Position numbers and translations under genes: made by a program. Below are positions 1 through 12,213 of a stretch of DNA of 64,000 nt, piece by piece. The stretch is from positions 3,005 to 67,004 of the forward strand of contig CAWHCB010000003.1 in the NCBI GenBank assembly GCA_963827905.1, written 5' to 3'. The notes below the pieces were generated by a model. It did no database searches. It saw only the letters and a program-made list of their open reading frames with translations, and was not told the DNA's origin. How positions within the stretch are numbered: the first letter of the stretch is position 1; each line of letters begins with the position of its first letter. The DNA is from Methanomassiliicoccaceae archaeon (lineage in GTDB: Archaea > Thermoplasmatota > Thermoplasmata > Methanomassiliicoccales > UBA472).

Positions 1-556
1 CCTTTCCCTTCAGCTCGCGGACCTGCGCCATGATGATCCGCTGGTGGCGGACCGCCTCGACGACGTTGCCGGTGCCCGGCTCTCCCTTGGTCCGGATCAT
101 GGCCGCGCCCTCGTCGATGCGCCGCAGCGCCTCGCCCAGGTCCTGGCCCCGCAAACGAACGGTACGGTGAACTTGTTCTTGACCACGTGATAGAACGGGT
201 CGGCCGGCGTCAGCACCTCCGACTCGTCGATCATGTCCACTCCCAGGGATCTCCAGGACCTGGGCCTCGACGAAGTGGCCGATGCGGCACTTGGCCATGA
301 CCGGGATGGTGACCGCGTCCATGATCTCCTCGATCTTGATCGGGTCGGCCATGCGGGCCACGCCGCCCTGGGCTCGGATGTCCGCCGGAACCCGCTCCAG
401 CGCCATGACCGCCACCGCGCCGGCTTCCTCGGCGATGCTGGCCTGGTCGGCGTTGGTGACGTCCATGACCACTCCTCCCTGTTGCATCTTGGCAAAACCT
501 CTCTTTACCAGTTCAGTCCCAAACCGGAGCTTGGTCATGTCGAAATCTAATGGCAT
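1..556 (-). CDS. pdxS: Pyridoxal 5'-phosphate synthase lyase subunit (runs off window start; indels)
   Basis: Manual translation gives [34 protein letters not shown], ...[15 protein letters not shown]...PFVCGA and [30 protein letters not shown]. Confidence 0.95.
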   Translation of the reverse strand, partial: MPLDFDMTKLRFGTELVKRGFAKMQQGGVVMDVTNADQASIAEEAGAVAVMALERVPADIRAQGGVARMADPIKIEEIMDAVTIPVMAKCRIGHFVEAQVLEIPGSGHDRRVGGADAGRPVLSRGQEQVHRTVRLRGQDLGEALRRIDEGAAMIRTKGEPGTGNVVEAVRHQRIIMAQVRELKGK

Positions 557-717
557 TCTTTCACCAGTTGGCTTAATTGCGAGCGCTTATATGAATATTG
601 ACATGAAATGAACATAAAACACAATAAGGTATTGAATGTACAATATGAAGTGCATCGCTCAGATCGACTTCGTGGAATTGACGAAATCTAATATACGCCG
701 GTGCGATATCCGCGCCA

Positions 718-1874
718 ATGGTCGCCAAGCGCATGGCCAACATCCCCGAGTCTGGGACGGTCAGGATCGCCAACATCGTGAGCAACCTGAAGGCCGAGGG
801 AGTGAACGATCATCTCCTTCTCGGTCGGCGAGCCAGACTTCAACACTCCTGACAACATCACCGAGGCGTGCGTCCAATCCCTGCGCGACCATTTCACCCA
901 TTATACGCCTTCGGCCGGAATACCCGAGCTGAGGAAGGCGGTGGCGGAGAAGACCGGAAGGGACAATGGCATCCCTTGCGACCAGCAAGCACGTCGTGAT
1001 CACCCCGACCAAGCACGCCATCTTCATGGCCTTCCTGGCGATGGTCGAGGAGGGCGACGAGGTCATCCTGCCCGACCCTTCCTGGGGGACGTTCGAGGCT
1101 TGCGCCCGGATCGCTGGGGCCAAGGTCGTAGCCAAGTTCGACCCGGAGAAGGAGTACCGCATGTTCCCGGAGAGGGTGGCGGAGCAGGTCACCAAGAAGA
1201 CGAAGATGATCCTCATCAACTCGCCCTCGAACCCACTCGGCTCGGTCATGGAGAAGAAGGACGTCAAGGGAATCGCCGACATCTGCCAAGGACCACGATC
1301 TCTACCGTCCTATCGGACGAGACCTACGAGAAGATCATCTTCGAGGGGGAGCACACCTCCATCGCCTCGCTTCCAGGGATGTTCGAGCGCACCATCACCG
1401 TGAACGGGTTCTCCAAGACCTATGCCATGACCGGCTGGAGGATCGGGTGGAGCGTCGCCCCCATGCACATCACCAAGGAGATCAACAAGCTCCAGAGCCA
1501 GACCGTGACCAACGTCACCTCGTTCGTCCAGACGGCCGGGGTCGAGGCGCTGATAGGGCCGCAGGACTCGGTCCAGACGATGAAGGAGGAGCTGAAGGCC
1601 CGCCGGGACCTGGTCTACGATCTGGTATCGGAGATACCCAGCCTGCATTGCCCGAAGCCCAAGGGCGCTTTCTACATCTTCCCCTCGTACGATCATGAAG
1701 ATGTCCTCGGAGGAGATGGCCGAATATCTTCTGAAGAAGGCGCATGTCGCGGTCACGCCTGGCTCTGCCTTCGGTCCGGCGGGGGAGGGGCATTTCCGCA
1801 TCTCTTACGCGGCGAGCAGGCAGAACATCATCGATGGGATGGGGCGGTTGCGCTCGACCCTCAGTCAACTGTGA
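718..1874 (+). CDS. Class I/II PLP aminotransferase (aspartate aminotransferase-like), frameshifted
   Basis: MVAKRMANIPESGTVRIA, FSVGEPDFNTP, ILINSPSNPLG, LSDETYEKI, NGFSKTYAMTGWRIG (PLP lysine), PKGAFYIFP, spread over several frames. Confidence 0.9.
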
Positions 1875-1884
1875 ATCATCGCCT

Positions 1885-2058
1885 CTAAGGCGGTAGCAAG
1901 TTAGGAATCGAGTCTTCTATTTGAAACGAAATTGAGCACACGGGACAAATCAACACTCCATCGACAATGTCCTCGCCTTGCTGTTTTGCCACCACCAGGG
2001 TTAATGGGTGGCCTTTACAAATTGGGCAAGCCAAAATATCCAAAAGCTCTATCTTCAT
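1885..2058 (-). CDS. Trm112-like methyltransferase activator (57 aa, absent from ORF track)
   Basis: Manual translation MKIELLDILACPICKGHPLTLVVAKQQGEDIVDGVLICPVCSISFQIEDSIPNLLPP*; two CxxC pairs and the LLDILACP / IPNLL signature. Confidence 0.9.
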   Translation of the reverse strand: MKIELLDILACPICKGHPLTLVVAKQQGEDIVDGVLICPVCSISFQIEDSIPNLLPP

Positions 2059-2210
2059 GGTTACTTAGCGCAGATACATAGTAAATGATATTTGTTTCCA
2101 TTTTTTTTAACATCATATCCTTAGCCAATAAAAATCTCAGAGGAAGCCAAATTATTTATCATCTCTAAAATCTCCACCACAAAGTGCAAAAAAAGGGCAT
2201 TATCTTTTCA

Positions 2211-3281
2211 ATGGTAGGGACAGATGTCCGTCATTACAACGGTCAAACATTCAGGGCAAGGATGCTGTCACTAAAATTCTCGACGAGCTTTATAACACGA
2301 GGGTCTATTATTTTTGGACGGACCAAGAAAAAATACCAATGGAAATTAAACAAGTAAAGGCGCAATTCTCTGCCCGATACAATAAGAGGACAATAGCTAA
2401 AATTCCATTCGTTTTCGATTTACTGAAGCAAGATAATAAATTCAATATATTATATATATGTGGAGAATTTAAAATGTTTCCACTTTTTATTATTCCATGT
2501 AAAATAAAAAAGATAAAGGTCGTGTTTGGAGCCGAGAGCATTTTGTCCCTCGAGCAGAAAGCAACGTCTGGAAGTCCTTTGGACAAGATCATTGATGGTG
2601 CCCTTGAACGATTTGTTGTAAAAAGATCAGACAAGGTGATCGTTACTTTCGGAGGATATTAAAAAGTTCTATACTGTTTATAATGCACGAACCGAGGTTG
2701 TAAATGCCATCCTGAACGAGAGCTGGTTCGAAAACTCCAGAAGTGAAATTAAGAAAAAAGATTTTTACGATGTCGGAGTTATTGGTCCATTTAACATCGA
2801 GAAGAGGAACAAGCGAGAGCTTGATTTTATCCTCACGAATTTAGATCGATTTGGGGAGGGGGTTGTTTTTCACATATTTGGTAAGTGCGACCACCAACTC
2901 CCAATTTCGAAAAAGATCAACAAGATTGGTTTCATTCCCGATTACTCAGATTACATGAAGAGCCTGTCGAAAATGGACGCCGTTATTGTCCCGACCACGA
3001 TACCAACATATGGACCATTGACGAAGATCCTTGAGCCTATGGCATGTGGGATATTCCTGTTTTCACAACGCCAGACGGTTATTTTGGCCTAGACCACATT
3101 GAAAAAGACCAAGATATTTTCGTTTACAATTTAGATGATATTGTGGGGGGGATTCCACCACAGCCTTTCAGATATTTCGAATCTTAACGCGGTAAGGATT
3201 CGTGGTATGAAGAAGGTCCGAGAATTTTACAGTTATGAATATAATAAAAACAAATTGGCCGATATTATTCGAAGGATCTGA
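2211..3281 (+). CDS. Divergent GT4 (GT-B) glycosyltransferase, AT-rich, frameshifted; start uncertain
   Basis: ORF 2339-2662 plus downstream frames: ERFVVKRSDKVIV, KIGFIPDYSDYMKSLSKMDAVIVP, GPLTKILEPMACG-PVFTT. Confidence 0.7.
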
Positions 3282-3338
3282 CACGCTTAGCTCAGGCAAA
3301 TGTCAATGATTATTACACCAAAGGTCGTTAATGGAAGG

Positions 3339-4367
3339 ATGATGCGTGTTGGTGTGATTCGGCGTGGGCTCTATGGGTCAGAACCATGCAAGGGTCTTCT
3401 CAGAAATAGCTGACTTGATAGGCGTTCACGACTCCATGAAGAACCAAGCGCGCAACGTAGCAGATAGGCTGGGGGTGGGGGCCTTCGATTCATTAGACGA
3501 TCCATTAGAAAGAGTGGATGCGGTAAGTGTCTGTACCCCCACCAGTATACATTTCGAAGTGGCGATGAAGGTCATTTCGAAGGGGTGCTCCCTTCTCGTC
3601 GAAAAGCCTTTCACAGGGGACTCCAACAAGGCTTTGGAGCTCGAGGCCAAAGCAAAGTCGAAAGGCGTGGTCCTTGCGTCCGGTTTTATCGAAAGATTCA
3701 ACCCCATCGTTTCTGTCGCCAGGGACGCGGTAAGAGAAGGAAGATTGGGGGACATAATTTCTATATCATCACGAAGGGTTTCTTCCTTCCCATCTCGTAT
3801 CCGAGATATCGGGGTGATAATGGACCTGGGTATCCACGACATTGACGTCATTCGGTATATCACCTCCTCGGATGTGAGATCCGTGTTCGCGGTAGGAGGG
3901 ATGCACCAGAACTCGGATTTCGAGGATCATGCCAATATTATCATGGAGATGGTCAACGGTACTTTAGGATTGGTTGAAGTAAATTGGTTGACCCCGATGA
4001 AGGTCCGGAAGGTGGCAATGACCTGTAGTGCCGGCTTTGCACAGCTTAGACTATACCGATCAGAGCTCTGGAGCTATCGACTGCGAAACTGCAAGAAATT
4101 GACCCCTCAGATATGTTCCACATTCCATTGGAATATGATGTTCGCAGAATTTCAGTCAAGAAGGAAGAACCTTTGAAACGAGAATTATCAGATTTTTTGA
4201 GGGCGGTCGAAACCGGGGAAGGGCCACAGGTCACTGCCATAGACGCCGTAAAGAATCTTAAGGTCTGTGAGGCAGCATTAGAATCGATGAGAACGGGGAA
4301 AAAAGGTCATGTTGACCTGAAGCACCATTTATTACCGTCAGATAATATGTCGACCATGATAGAATGA
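3339..4367 (+). CDS. Gfo/Idh/MocA oxidoreductase (UDP-HexNAc(A) 3-dehydrogenase, WbpB-like), frameshifted
   Basis: MRVGVI-GVGSMGQNHARV, VCTPTSIH, LVEKP, GFIERFNP, GVIMDLGIHDID, EEPLKREL. Confidence 0.85.
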
Positions 4368-5460
4368 GAATGATCGATTTACGTAGTGACACATTCACCA
4401 TTCCCCCTAGGGAGATGCTTGAAACAATAGTGGAGGCCCCGCTAGGTGACGACGTGGAGAGGGAGGACCCCACGGTCAACAAGTTGCAAGATATGGCGGC
4501 CGACCGCTTTGGTGCAGAGGCAGCTCTGCTGGTACCAAGTGGGACCATGGGCAATCTGGTGGCAATGCTCTCCCACTGCAGAAGGGGGGACGAGATCATT
4601 CTCGAGGCTGACGCCCACATGTACTATTACGAGGTAGGGGGCATGTCCTCCCTGGTGGGGGCCATGCCCCATCTTATCAAAGGAACAAATGGAGTGTTCA
4701 CTCCTGAACAGGTGCAGGCAGCATTGCGGCCTGGGGACCCACTTCATTATCCCCCATCTCGGTTGTTAGAGATAGAAACACCCATAATCGAGCAGGAGGG
4801 TGTTGTTGGACGCCCATTCAAGTAAAGGCCGTCAGTCGATTGGCGCACGACAATGGCATGAGCGTGCACATCGACGGAGCCAGGATATTCAACGCATGCA
4901 TCGCGTTTGAGACGCAAGTCCTAAGGATTTCATGCGACACGTCGACAGCCTCACCTTCTGCCTGTCCAAGGGATTGAGCTGCCCCATCGGTTCCATAATA
5001 GTCGGCAACGAGGAGTTCATCGAGAAAGCGAGGATAAATCGAAAGATGGTCGGAGGGGGTATGCGTCAGGCTGGTGTCATCGCCGCCCCAGGTATATACG
5101 CCCTGGAGAATATGGTCTCGCGATTGAAAGAGGACCACGACAACGCTAAGCGTCTCGCCGATCGGTCTTGCCAATCTAGGACTCGAAGTTGATTGCAGCA
5201 CGGTACAAACCAATCTAGTTCTAGCTGATACATCGGGGGTAGGTCTGAACGAGGATGAGATGGTGGGCCTTGGGAAGAATGCGGGCGTTCAGTTCTTCAC
5301 GATGGGCCACAACAAAATTCGTTTCGTGACCCATTATGGGATCGATCATAAGGACGTTGATGAGGCGTTGGTTAGGTTGGAGAATGCGTTAAGGCGAGAC
5401 GCTAACCCTTCCCCACACCCTTGTAAATCAAACCGGCCTTTACACAATCATTCTGGTTGA
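4364..5460 (+). CDS. ltaE: Low-specificity L-threonine aldolase, frameshifted; 3' end approximate
   Basis: [69 protein letters not shown]. Confidence 0.9.
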
Positions 5461-6691
5461 ACAGGTTCCTACCATCGATCACGATAGGTGTTCGCATCAA
5501 TTCCTTCATTACTGTCAGTTTTATCCGCTTATATGGAGTGGTCGGTGACGAATATGGCACAATCGGCACCGCGAAGCGCCCCTTCTATGTCTCTCGTCAT
5601 AGGTACCTTGTAATGTCTTTTCACATATGGGTCATGAACGATTAGGTCGGCCATCGTCGTCAATTCATCAATTATTCGAATCGATGGCGAGTTACGGATA
5701 TCATCAGAGTCCCTCAGGAAGGCAAGCCCCATGATAGCGACCTTCGCCCTTCCTTCAACATTAGAAATTTATGGTGGATCGGGCAATTTCCGCTACATGC
5801 AAAGGCATCATCTCGTTGAGCTCCCTTGATGGTGCGATTACCTTGGATTCATAATGAGGGGTGGAACTAAGGAGAAGCCAGGAATCCTTGGGCAGGCAAT
5901 GTCCTCCCACTCCCGCCCCAGGAACATGCATGTCGCGAAACGGGCAGGTATTGACCAATCGTCTCACTTCATATGCGTTTGCACCCAGGGATTCGCATAT
6001 CAACCCTACCTCGTTGGCGAATGCTATCTGGACATCTCTGTAAGCATTCTCCTGTCGTCTTAGAAATCTCCGCACATGGTAGATCCGTAGGGTGGATTTC
6101 TGCTTGAACTACCTTGGAGTAATAGTAAGCACCCTTCCGAATTGATTCCTCATCCAATCCACCAAGGACCCTTTCTACACCTCTCATGTTTTGCAGCAAT
6201 TTTCCAGGCATGACCCTTTCCGGGCAATGGACCAGTGAGAAATCTATGCCCGCCTTCAGGCCACTCCTCTCTTCTAAGATTGGCAGAACAATGTTTTCCA
6301 TTGTCCCCGGCGGTAGGGTCGACTCGATTGATATCAGGCACCCCCTCTGAATAACGTTGCCAACAGAGACCAAAGCTGCCCTCAATTGCTCAAGTTTTGG
6401 TTTGTGATCTTCATCTATTGGAGTATCAACACAAACGAAGAAGGCCGAAGCAGATCTTGCCTCTTCCATCTTGCTTACTGCCTTCAATCTCCCCTCGGAC
6501 ACGGTTCTGAGTAAAAGACCATTCAACCCTGGCTCGTCACCCGCTATTGGGCAATCCCCATTATTGATTTTGGAGACCCGGTCGATATCGATGTCAACGC
6601 CAATGGTGAAAAACCCACTTTCAGCTAGAACGCACGCTAACGGCAGGCCCACATATCCAAGCCCTACTACTGCAACTTTTTCTGAGGCCAT
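5402..6691 (-). CDS. Nucleotide-sugar 6-dehydrogenase (WbpA/WecC family), frameshifted
   Basis: VVGLGYVGLPLA, CVDTP, IESTLPPGT, CPERVMPG, ENAYRDVQIAFANE, GVGGHCLPKD, DIRNSP, IDGRN...YKGVGKG*. Confidence 0.92.
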
Positions 6692-6760
6692 TTATCCCCA
6701 ATCATGATGATGTCATATAGCCATTACTGATAGGATAGAGTTATTTGTGTTGGCATCGTT

Positions 6761-7771
6761 TCATCGAACGAGTTCGGTTAATGTCGTTTCGATCGCCCCC
6801 TCCTTTCTCGAGGGAGAATTGGTTGATAACTCTTCTTCTCCGGCTCCATCCGCATCCAATGCGATTTCAATGGCTGAGGAGATCCTATTCACATCTCCGT
6901 AGGGGACAAGGAAACCGGTGTCTCCAGCAGCGGACCTATTCCCAGGGATGTCTGATCCGACAAAAGTGCATTCGCAGAGCATGCTTTCACAAACGGCATT
7001 AGGAAGACCTTCGCGGTAGGATAATTGTGCATACACTTTCGCCCTTTGGTATAGTTTAGGTGTTTCCTCAAAAGGAACCGGTGGAACGAACGCGACATTG
7101 GCCGGGGCCAGGTTGCGCAACCGTTCAAGAGCCTCACCGCTAGGTCCTGCTATCACAAAGTCGACCTCAGGAAGTTGCGTGGCGGTCGAAACCAACACAT
7201 CCAGTCCCTTTATCCTTGCCCTTGACCAAGAGGAACCCGAAGATACCGTCAAGACCTTGCGCTCCTTCTTACCTATGGGCTGGAACATTTCGGAATCGTA
7301 ACCTGTTGGAATCACTCGAAATCCGCTAGTGTCCAGCCCTAGATTCTTTCTGACATCGGCACACAATCCCTCGTCCACCGGAAGAATTGCGTCTGCCCTC
7401 TCTAAGACATTTTTAACCCTTCTTCTCCCCTTTTCAGTTTAACAACGCCCCATATGCAAAATCTGGCTCCGCTGCAACATCGTATCCGCCAAGCACCACC
7501 GCGGTTTTTTTCCTAAAGGTCGAGCTATTTTTGAGGGCCAGTAAGAAAAGTCAGCGAACCATGAATAGACAACATCTGCCCATTGGACACCTCTCGCCAG
7601 CGAGAGTAAATTCGGCACATTGTCTATGATATACCTCTTACCGAGCTGCTCCCTGCCATAAAGATAGACAGTTCTAACATCGAACGATTTTGCTAAAAGG
7701 TTGGCGTCATGAAGAATGAAAGGAGACCTCGTTGGAGCTACCAACAGGACCCGAGTTCTGCGCTCTCTCAT
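6761..7771 (-). CDS. GT4 glycosyltransferase, frameshifted
   Basis: ADVVYSWFAD, VIPTGYD, KGLDVL, YAQLSYREGLPNAVCESMLC (EX7E motif). Confidence 0.85.
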
Positions 7772-8007
7772 CGAACCGGTCACGCACCTCGATTGGTCTG
7801 AGATGATATTAAATGGAACGGCCACCCCGAATTTCGAATATAAACCCAGCTATGGTAACCTATAAATCTCGTCTCCCTTTTTCCTCCTCTGCACTCGTGG
7901 GTATGGTTCAATATCACCAATAATCGCAAAAATGATGAATTGGTATCATTGGCCTTCCTATTAGCGCATCGAACAGTCAGACTCGGCTTTGAGAGGAAAG
8001 TGAGCCA

Positions 8008-9066
8008 ATGAGGAAATTATTCACTGTGGGCCCAGTAGAAGTCTTCCCGGACACCCTGGAGGCGATGAGCCGTCCCATGGTCGTGCACCGGGGGAAGGAC
8101 TACCAGAACCTGCAGCATGGCGTGGTGGAGAAGCTGCACAAGGTCTTGGACACGGACATGGAGATATTCCTGTCCCCCGCTTCGGCCACCGGGTTCCTGG
8201 AAGCGTGCGTGCGCTGCGGCGTGCACAAGAAGATGACGGGCATCTCGAACGGCTCCTTCGGCGACCGCTGGCAGCGATCGGCACCCTGAACGGCAAACTG
8301 GTCGATCGCATCGACGCCACCTGGGGCAAGGCAGTGCGCAAGGAGCATATCGAGGGCAAGATCAGCCCGGAGGCCGAGGCCATCACCGTGGTCTCGAACG
8401 AATCGTCCACCGGCGTGCTCAATCCCATGCTGGAGATCGCGGACGCGGTCCGGGCCAATGGCGACCCGTTGCTGTTCGTGGACGGCGTGACCGCGGTGGG
8501 CGCGGTGGACATGCATCTCCGCAAGATGCGACCGGACGCGATGGTCTTCGGCAGCCAGAAGGCGCTCGCTCTGCCGCCCGGCCTGGCGATCATCTGCGTC
8601 TCCGAACGGCTCATGAAGAAGGCGGAGACGGTGAAGAACCGCGGCTACTACTTCGATCTGGTCGAGATCAAGAAGTTCGCCGACAAGGACCTGCCGCTGA
8701 CCACCCCGCCGTGTCGCTGCTGTACGGCCTCGACTACCAGCTGGACAAGATGGCTGAAGGAGGGCATGGCCCGGTACGATCGGCACGACGCCATGACCGA
8801 GATCGCCACGAGTGGGCCATGAAGCGCTTCGAGCTCTACGCCGAGGAAGGCTTCTGTTCCCGGACGATCACCGTGGTGGAGACGGGAAGTTCGACGTCGG
8901 CCACCTCGACAAGGAGCTCAAGGCGGAAGGGTTCGAGGTCTCGCCTGGCTACGGCAAGCTGAAGGACACCACCTTCCGCATCGGGCACATGGGCGATCTC
9001 ACCACGTCCGATATTAAGGACCTGCTAAGCGATGTGATGGACGAGGTTCTGGAGGACATGAAATGA
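8008..9066 (+). CDS. Class V PLP aminotransferase (alanine-glyoxylate / archaeal phosphoserine aminotransferase-like), frameshifted
   Basis: KLFTVGPVEV, NESSTGVLNP, VDGVT, GSQKALALPPGL, YYFDL, FRIGHMG; stop overlaps the serA start (ATGA). Confidence 0.88.
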
Positions 9067-10664
9067 AGATAATCGTCACCGACGAGCTGTCCAAGGAGGG
9101 CATGGAGATGCTCACCGAGGGCTCGAAGGTGTAGGTGGACGTCAGGCCGAGGATATCCCCGGAGGACTTGCTCAAGGTCATCGGCGACTACGATGCCATC
9201 ATCATCCGCTCCGGCACCAAGGTCACCGCCCAGGTCATCGAGGCCGGGAAGAAGCTGAAGGTCGTCGGGCGCGCCGGCGTGGGCGTGGACAACGTGGACG
9301 TCGAGGCGGCCACCCGGCATGGGGTGCTCGTCATGAACACCCCCGGCGGCAACACCGTCTCCGCGGCGGAGCACGCCATGGCCATGATGCTGGCGTTGGC
9401 GAGGAACATCGTCTGGGCCGACGCATCCTTGAAGTCGGGCAAATGGGAGCGGGGCAAGTTCATGGGCACCGAGCTCAACGGCAAGACCCTGGGCATCGTC
9501 GGCATCGGCCGGGTCGGCGGCGAGGTCGCCAAGAGGGCGAAGTCCTTCCAGATGAAGATGATCGGGTACGACCCGTTCATGTCGCCGGAGGTGGCGGTCA
9601 AGCTCGGCGTGCGCTTGACTACCGCTGGACAAGGTCTTCGAGGAGGCGGACATCATCACGGTGCACGCACCCCTGACGTCCAGGCACCCACCACCTGATC
9701 GGGAAGGAGCAGTTCGAGAAGATGAAGCCCGGATGATGATCATCAACTGCGCCCGCGGCGGGATCATCGACGAGGAGGCGCTGTACGAGGCGCTCAAGAG
9801 CAACCGCATCGCCGGCGCCGCCCTGGACGTGTTCGAGAGCGAGCCGCCCAAGGGATCGAAGCTGATGGAGCTGAGCAACATCGTGCGTCACGCCCCACCT
9901 GGGCGCTTCCACCAAGGAGGCGCAGGAGAAGGTCTCCCTGGAGATGGCCGAACCGTCAAGGACTTCCTGGTCGAGGGCAAGATCGCCAACGCGGTGAACG
10001 CGCCCATCGGCCGGGTGGACCCGAAGGTCATCCCCTACATGGCCTCGCCGAGATGCTGGCTCCTTCGCCTTCCAGCTGGTCGACGGCCCGGTCAAGCGGG
10101 TCGAGGTGGTGGTGAACGGCGAAATGGCCAAGATGGACACGAAGACGCTGGCAACGTATCCGCGCTCATCGGCGTGCTGGAGAACATCATCGGGGAAGTG
10201 AACATAATCAACGCCGGCGCGATCGCCAAGGAGAAGGGCATCCAGATCGTGGAGACCAAGATCGAGGAGTCAAGCCGCTACGTGAACATGCTGACGGTGA
10301 TGGTGCATTCGGACGGCAGCCGCCAGGTCCGGGGCACGGTCTTCCCCTCGGGCGAGCCACGCCTGCTCGGCGTGGACGAGTACGACCTCGACATGCCGGT
10401 GGAGGGCGATTTCATACTCACCATGCACAACGACGTTCCGGGGATGATCGGGAAGGTCGGGACGATCCTGGGCGAGAAGGGCATCAACATCGCCCGCATG
10501 GGCGTGGGCCGAGAGAGCCGGGGCGGGAAGGCGTTGATGCTGGTCTCGGTGACGACCTGGTCACCAAGGACGTGCTGGAGGCGCTGAAGGCGCTGCCTAA
10601 CTTCCAGGAGGCCCACTATGTCCGCCTCAGCCACATGAAGGCCAAGGAGTACATGAACGTCTGA
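9063..10664 (+). CDS. serA: D-3-phosphoglycerate dehydrogenase (type I with ASB/ACT domains); in-frame TAG at codon 24 plus indels
   Basis: [80 protein letters not shown]. Confidence 0.93.
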
Positions 10665-10706
10665 ACGGGTTGGCAAACGGTTAAGAGCAGCGCCCCCATT
10701 CGGGAC

Positions 10707-11782
10707 ATGCGCATAGCGTCAGTGGTGGGAGCGAGACCCCAGTTTGTCAAGCTGGCACCGCTGCACCGCGAGGTCGTGAAGAGACATCGTCACATCATTG
10801 TCCACACCGGACAGCATTATGATTATAAGATGAGCCAGGTGTTCTTCGAGGAGCTTAACATCCCTGAGCCGGACCATAACTTGGGCGTGGGGTCCGGGAG
10901 CCACGGGGAGCAGACCGGGATGATGCTCTCGGCCATCGAGGAGGTCTTCATGAGGGAGAGGCCGGACATGGTCCTGGTCTACGGCGACACCAATTCTACA
11001 TTGGCAGGGGCCCTTGCCGCCACCAAGCTCCTCATCCCGGTGGCGCATGTCGAGGCTGGCCTGAGGTCCTACCGCCGGGGCATGCCCGAGGAGATAAACC
11101 GGGTGCTCACCGACCATATGGCCGACCTGCTGCTATGCCCTACCGAGCTGGCCATGGCCAACCTGAGGAAGGAGGGCGTGCAGAAGGGCTGCCACCTGGT
11201 GGGCGACCCCATGGCCCAGGTGCTGCTGGTGTTCGAACCATTGCTGGACCCAGCCGTGCCGGAACGTTTCGGCACCAGACGGGAGGATATGTCCTGGCCA
11301 CCATACATCGCCAGGAGAACGCCGACTCCAGGGAGAACATGGAGAGCATAATCGAGGCCATGCTGGAGTATGATGGGGACATAGTCCTTCCGCTACATCC
11401 CCGTACCGCGAAGAACCTCCGCTCCTGGGGGGCGCTATCCCGTCTGGAGGCCGCCGGACACATCAAGCTGGCGGAGCCGCAGGGTTTCCTGGCATTCACC
11501 TCGTTGGAGAGGCACGCCCGCATGGTGATGACCGATTCCGGTGGCGTGCAGAAGGAGGCCTATTTCTTCCGGGTGCCTTGCGTCACGGTGCGGGACGAAA
11601 CGGAATGGGTGGAGACCTTGGAAGGGGGTTGGAACGTTCTTACAGGGGCCGACAAGGGACGGATCGCCGCGGCATTGCAGAGACCGAGGCCCAAGGCAGA
11701 GCCAAGGCTTACCTATGGGGACAAGCACGTCTCGCAAAGGATCGTGGAGTGCTTGGAGGCCTTCATGGCCTCAAGGTCATAG
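10707..11782 (+). CDS. wecB: Non-hydrolysing UDP-N-acetylglucosamine 2-epimerase (WecB/WbpI family), one frameshift near 11280
   Basis: [56 protein letters not shown]. Confidence 0.93.
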
Positions 11783-11973
11783 TTTGGCGCGGACGCTCTC
11801 CACCTTGTCACTTATGTGACTCTCGATCTATTGGTCAACGATCATGACGTCGCTCATCGCTCGGCTTGACAAGCTCAAGACCTTCCAGATAGTTCATGAT
11901 GACCGCAATGACCTCGTCCATGTCCCCTTGCACTATGGTGCCCATGGGCGTAAGCGCTGAACTCCGCTATCAT
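11777..11973 (-). pseudogene. Degraded MTH1187-family thiamine-binding protein
   Basis: Remnants MIAEFS joined almost directly to LTPMGTIVQGDMDEV, then [13 protein letters not shown]; internal deletion, frameshifts and an internal stop. Confidence 0.7.
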
Positions 11974-12213
11974 TTCGGAACATCTGCGAAAAAGATGATG
12001 TTATTCGGATGGCGTGATATTTCTGCATAAGTTCATATAAATGTGTCGCTACGAAATTTCAAACCTGGATTTCAACCAGGGAAAGATGTCGAGCTCTGCG
12101 AAACATCGTATCAAAATGATAGGGGCGTCGACCAAAATATATATATACATTATTGTGAATGGTTTAAATTCAATTTCTTATAGATTCATTATATCGTTCA
12201 GAGGCCAGTCAGC

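Noticed and set aside
6704-6760. Possible box C/D sRNA (ATGATGA ... CTGA)
   Set aside because: No convincing C' box and terminal D box, and no recognisable rRNA/tRNA guide; the region doubles as the promoter of the dehydrogenase gene.
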